A DNA stretch of 64,000 nt from Candidatus Binatia bacterium. Its GTDB lineage: Bacteria; Desulfobacterota; Binatia; Bin18. Position numbers and translations under genes: made by a program. Position 1 is the stretch's first letter. The number at the start of each line of letters is the position of its first letter. The stretch covers positions 32,001 to 96,000 of the forward strand of contig CAXXHG010000007.1 in assembly GCA_963666315.2 (NCBI GenBank), given 5' to 3'. The notes beneath the pieces were generated by a model. The model worked only from the letters and a program-made list of their open reading frames with translations. It made no database searches and had not been told where the DNA came from. This document shows, in pieces, positions 60,006-64,000 of this stretch.

Positions 60006-60241
60006 AGCTTGATCGGTTTTATATCCACAGAATGCTGCAGCGAGTGGCTGAGAAGGCCGGGGTGGAAGATCACGTCCATTCCCATCTCTTTCGACACGGC
60101 TTTGCTACCCGGCATTGGAAGAAATTCCAAGATGTGGATGCCCCACAAAGTGAACTCGGTCACTCGCGGTATGATACGACCAGACGATATATTCACAGGA
60201 CTTTGGTAGAACGGGTTCAAATGGTCAAGGCAGTGGATTAA
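60005..60241 (+). pseudogene. Tyrosine recombinase C-terminal fragment (right copy)
   Basis: IHRMLQRVAEKAGVEDHVHSHLFRHGFATRHW...LGHSRYDTTRRYIH. Confidence 0.87.
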
Positions 60242-60356
60242 GCGGGCTCACGTGACATTCGCCTTTGGTATGCGAGATCCTTTGCCGTCGAAGAGATTAC
60301 CAATAATTGTCCTCGGTGTCATCCGGTCGGGACATTTCCGTTTCTAGTGTGTGTGT

Positions 60357-62736
60357 ATGCGAATCCGCACTTTCATCATCGGTTTGATATTGTTAGCCCT
60401 GTCGTCAACTTCGGGTGTGTCGGGTCCGAATCCCAGGTCGCAGGTCCTACGGATTCCTGATAAGTCACAAGCCCATTTAACGCCAGCCCAGCATAAGATC
60501 AGTCCGCATCTGCGCCACACCTGCTCGGAGCTGGAGGAGGCCGGGGCTACCGCCTACAACGCAAAGACTTTGCGTATAGCCGAGCGCTTCTCATCCCCAT
60601 TGGTCAAAGTCGACGACGCAGCGCGGGTGCAGGTGTATCTCAAAGTTGACTCCGTTGACGGCGACATCCAGGAAATTCTTAAATCGGTTGGTGTCGAGAT
60701 TGAGATCGCGAATGAAGAGTGGAATCTCATTCAGGCTTGGATACCTTACGACTACATTGAAATCATTGCGGATTTTGAGTTTATTCACCATGTCCGCCCA
60801 CCTGATTATGGAACATTCAACTCCAGTCTTCTGAACGCCGACGGCGGTGACGAACTGAGTCTGCCACCTACAGGTGGGGAATTCGATATCGATGGCTCTG
60901 GCGTTCGGGTTGGTGTGATATCAGGCGGCGTGAAGAGCTTGACGGATACGGTTGAGCGAGGTGATTTGCCGACTGGGATTCTGGAGATGGGATCCTGCGC
61001 CACTCCGGGCTGTGATGAAGGGACGCTGATGATGGATGTCCTGTACGCCACCGCTCCAGGGGTAACGGCGGGTTTCTGTGCACCGGGTCCGACCCTGACA
61101 ACGCTCTCCTTCATCTATTGTGTGACGTGGCTCACGCATACGTTTGAAGCGGCCGTGATCGTGGATGATGTGGTCTTCGTCGCGCCGCCCTATTTCGAAG
61201 ATGGCATGGTTGCGCAGACCGTGGCGCAGACCGTCGTTTCAGGTGTGACCTATGTCTCGACGGCGGGGAACTTCGCGCAGTGGCATTACGAGGCGGACTT
61301 CGTTGAGAATGTCGACTTCACGGGAATACCCGTCCATGATTTTGGTGTCGCGGCTGGGGGGGGCGGGCGATGTCTTCGACACGGTAGGGAACGCCACAAA
61401 CGGATGGATGGTGTCTCCTGGTGAATGTGTCACCGCCGATCTGCAATGGAGCGATCCCTGGGGCGCCTCAGGCAATGATTACGACGTACTCATTTTCGAC
61501 TTCGAGCAGAATCTGCTCAATGCACCGGGCGCCGGACAGGCCGTTCAGGATGGCGATGATAACCCCCAGGAAGCAGCCGAATACTGCAATCAGAGTGCTG
61601 TCCCAGTGAGCGCGAGCATTGTCGTCCAAAAGTTGAGCGGTCAGGATCATCGTATCGAAATGTTCGTGCAGATCACAGATGTTGCCGATTCCATACCCCA
61701 TCACGAGCATACAGTTGTTGCAGGGAGCATCATCGGGCATCAGGCGGTCCAGGGTGTCCTTACGGTAGCAGGGGTGAGAGACAACGAATCTGGACTACCG
61801 GAGGTTCCCTCATCCACCTCACGTGGGCCGTCGGACATCTATCATCCCGCCGTCGAGTCCCGCAGCAAACCAGACTTGGCTGCGCCCGAGTGCGTCCGAT
61901 TGACTCGTACGGGCCGATCGCGCCAGAGCGTCTGCGACGCCTCTGCTGCCGCAGCACACGTAGCGGGGATCGCCGCGCTCCTCCTTGACGCCAATCCTGA
62001 CCTGACGGTGGAGCACGTCTATGACGTTCTGACCTCGACTGCCACCGCCATTGAGGGAACCAGCGTCGACGTGCAGTCTGGATTTGGCTTGGTAGACGTT
62101 GTGGCGGCGCTGAACGCAGCGATCAGCGGGATGAAACTCATCGCTCCGTCTGAGATCAACAGGCTGGAGACGGCTACGGCCCAGGCCGTGATCGAATATA
62201 CAGACAGCTCGCAGGCTCTCATCATAAAATTCGAGGAGCGTTTCGGCGAGATTGGGGATACGGGTCCTGGCCCCTCCGTAGAAGTCTATGGGGACGGCCG
62301 CGTCTCTGTGTATTACCCTCACTATATGAAGCGGGCAGGCACGTACCAGCTGCAGTTGGCTCCGGAGGAGATCGAGCGTCTGCTCCAACTTCTGTCTGCG
62401 CAAAATATTCCGGCTTTCGACAGCGCTGCGGTGAGACAGACCAGAGACCTGGCTGTCGCGGCCGAAGAGGTGGGCTCAGGCATTCTTTTCAGCGTAAGTG
62501 ATCCGTCCACGACGATCCTTGAACTGCACCTGGACCAGTACGCGTCAGCTTCGCCACCGGGCCAAGTGCCGATCGCCGTGCAGCAACGCATCGTCTGGCA
62601 AGGACTGAGAGCCGATGCACGGCGCTTGCCAGACGTTAAGGCCATCCAGAATCTGTTCACCGCGCACCAGGAATTGCGCTCACTCATGGAGCACCCGGCC
62701 TTAGAGCAACTGGACGCACCAGCGGAGACCCAATGA
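60357..62736 (+). pseudogene. Secreted S8 subtilase-like protein frameshifted at a G8 tract, fused to an extra C-terminal domain
   Basis: Signal peptide, prodomain, VRVGVISGG, DEGTLM, STAGN in ORF 60351; LQWSDP, SRGP, KPDLAAP, SAAAAHVAGIAALLL, SGFGLVD in ORF 61252; G8 at 61356-61363. Confidence 0.8.
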
Positions 62737-63947
62737 AGGCTTTTTGTCACGGTATTCTTGTTGTGGTGTTCCTACTCGGCCCAGCGCGGTTGGTGCAGGC
62801 CGGAGCGTTTATCTTTGCCGGTGAGGCAAACGGTGTTAATTTGATTCTCCATCCGGCCGGCTATACGGGCGTAGGCGGCACGCTCACCGTCGGCGTATGT
62901 ATTGACGCCACAAGCGCCAATGCAACCGAAATGATCCAGCCGGTTCAAAACATTGTGGCCACCTTTAATCGACGCCAGGCTGTTGCCCCGAATCTTATCT
63001 TTGGCAGCAATAACGACATCGGCTCTTCTGAGTTTGATTTCGAGTCCGTCGCGTTGCACGAGGTCGGGCACTGTATAGGACTGGGGCACGTAAACGCAGC
63101 GTCGGAATCTGGCCTGTCTGGAGGTAATCTGGACTATACCAAAGCCACGGATGGAGTCGACAATACCTTCAATCTGAACGACGGAGCAGATAACATTATC
63201 GGCTCAGCCGATGATATCCGCGGAGACGACGCCAACCTGCATTGGTTTAGGAAAACGACCAATAATCCGTGTGCTGTCGATAACGCTACTTCCGATGGCA
63301 CAACCTACAGCCGGGACCTGGCCGACCTGCCGGCGGGCGAGACGTTTGCGGCGAACGCCGATCGGGACGTTTGTGCCGATCGGAGCTCCCCCAACACTGA
63401 GGCCGTCATGCAACAAGGTACCGGCTTCGATGAAGACCAGCGCGCCCTGACCCAGGACGGCGTGTCCACGCTCGAACTAGCGATGAGCGGGCTGGATGAA
63501 ACAGCTGGGACTGCGGACGATTATACCTTGAACTTGGTTTCGCATGGGATCGTCAGTAATGCCGCTGCGGATCCCAACTGCGATATCGTTCTTGCTATCA
63601 GCGGTGGCAGCTTCGCATTCTGTAGCCCTCAAGCTGTCTTTATTACATTTCCTACCCACGCCCGCATAACCACGGCCAATATTTTCTTCGGCACCGGCTT
63701 CAACTGGTTCTTCAATACCGGAATCTGTTCTGGTGGGCCGCAGACAACCGGAACCAATCTGAATCTCAGCAATACTTCTATGAGCGATGCCGGGCGCTTC
63801 CGGGCGACGCAGACCATCACCGCTGGTACTGCTTTCGCAGTCACCTCTACAGGCTGCGTGAACTTCTCCGCGGGTCAATCGATCCGTTTAGAGCCCGGTT
63901 TTTCGGTCGCTGCGGGTGGCAGGCTCAGACTCTCGATAGACAACTAG
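62733..63947 (+). CDS. Secreted metzincin (matrixin-like) metalloprotease with C-terminal beta domain
   Basis: Signal peptide, HEVGHCIGLGH, Met-turn EAVMQ, C-terminal AGQSIRLEPGFSV; ATGA overlap with the upstream gene. Confidence 0.88.
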   Translation: MKAFCHGILVVVFLLGPARLVQAGAFIFAGEANGVNLILHPAGYTGVGGTLTVGVCIDATSANATEMIQPVQNIVATFNRRQAVAPNLIFGSNNDIGSSEFDFESVALHEVGHCIGLGHVNAASESGLSGGNLDYTKATDGVDNTFNLNDGADNIIGSADDIRGDDANLHWFRKTTNNPCAVDNATSDGTTYSRDLADLPAGETFAANADRDVCADRSSPNTEAVMQQGTGFDEDQRALTQDGVSTLELAMSGLDETAGTADDYTLNLVSHGIVSNAAADPNCDIVLAISGGSFAFCSPQAVFITFPTHARITTANIFFGTGFNWFFNTGICSGGPQTTGTNLNLSNTSMSDAGRFRATQTITAGTAFAVTSTGCVNFSAGQSIRLEPGFSVAAGGRLRLSIDN

Positions 63948-64000
63948 GCGGGGCCGGCTAGAGGCAGGTTTTTTCGCGCCGGTTGGGGCAACCTTCACAA

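Overview
Bacterial chromosomal window from a diderm organism (porins, LptFG, F420/flavin LLM enzymes); taxonomy cannot be fixed from the sequence. No rRNA, tRNA or CRISPR array was recognised. Layout: (1) 1-2.4 kb murF (partial) and a CCA-adding enzyme. (2) 2.4-14.3 kb phosphate module phoR-phoB-phoU-pstBACS plus two OprO/P-like porins, with a four-unit Pho box. (3) 14.5-27.5 kb one long operon, uORF-sulP-dabA(DUF2309)-mrpE-F-G-B'-B-C-D-nuoL-like-nuoM-like, plus a possible beta-carbonic anhydrase stub. This looks like a carbonic-anhydrase head on an MBH/MBS-style Mrp membrane arm with no redox module, and the NuoL lateral helix is lengthened by tandem 27-aa repeats; it is the best candidate for an undescribed system. 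(4) 27.7-35.4 kb Pho-box-rich patch of small or decayed regulators, mgtE, frameshifted phoD and intact phoX. (5) 35.5-48.5 kb surface-glycan modification genes, fused lptFG, anti-sigma factor, pcm, a nitrosocyanin-like cupredoxin, a comM remnant, Mut7-C and a broken transglutaminase/ABC pair. (6) 48.5-54.1 kb mosaic of gene stubs, REP/MITE elements and SDR/LLM oxidoreductases. (7) 54-60.2 kb phage-satellite-like element (serine recombinase, HTH, NrS-1-type prim-pol/helicase, iteron-like repeats, TerS) bracketed by two inverted tyrosine-recombinase 3' ends. (8) 60.3-64 kb frameshifted S8 protease fusion and a secreted metzincin. All family calls come from motif recognition by eye, not from database searches.
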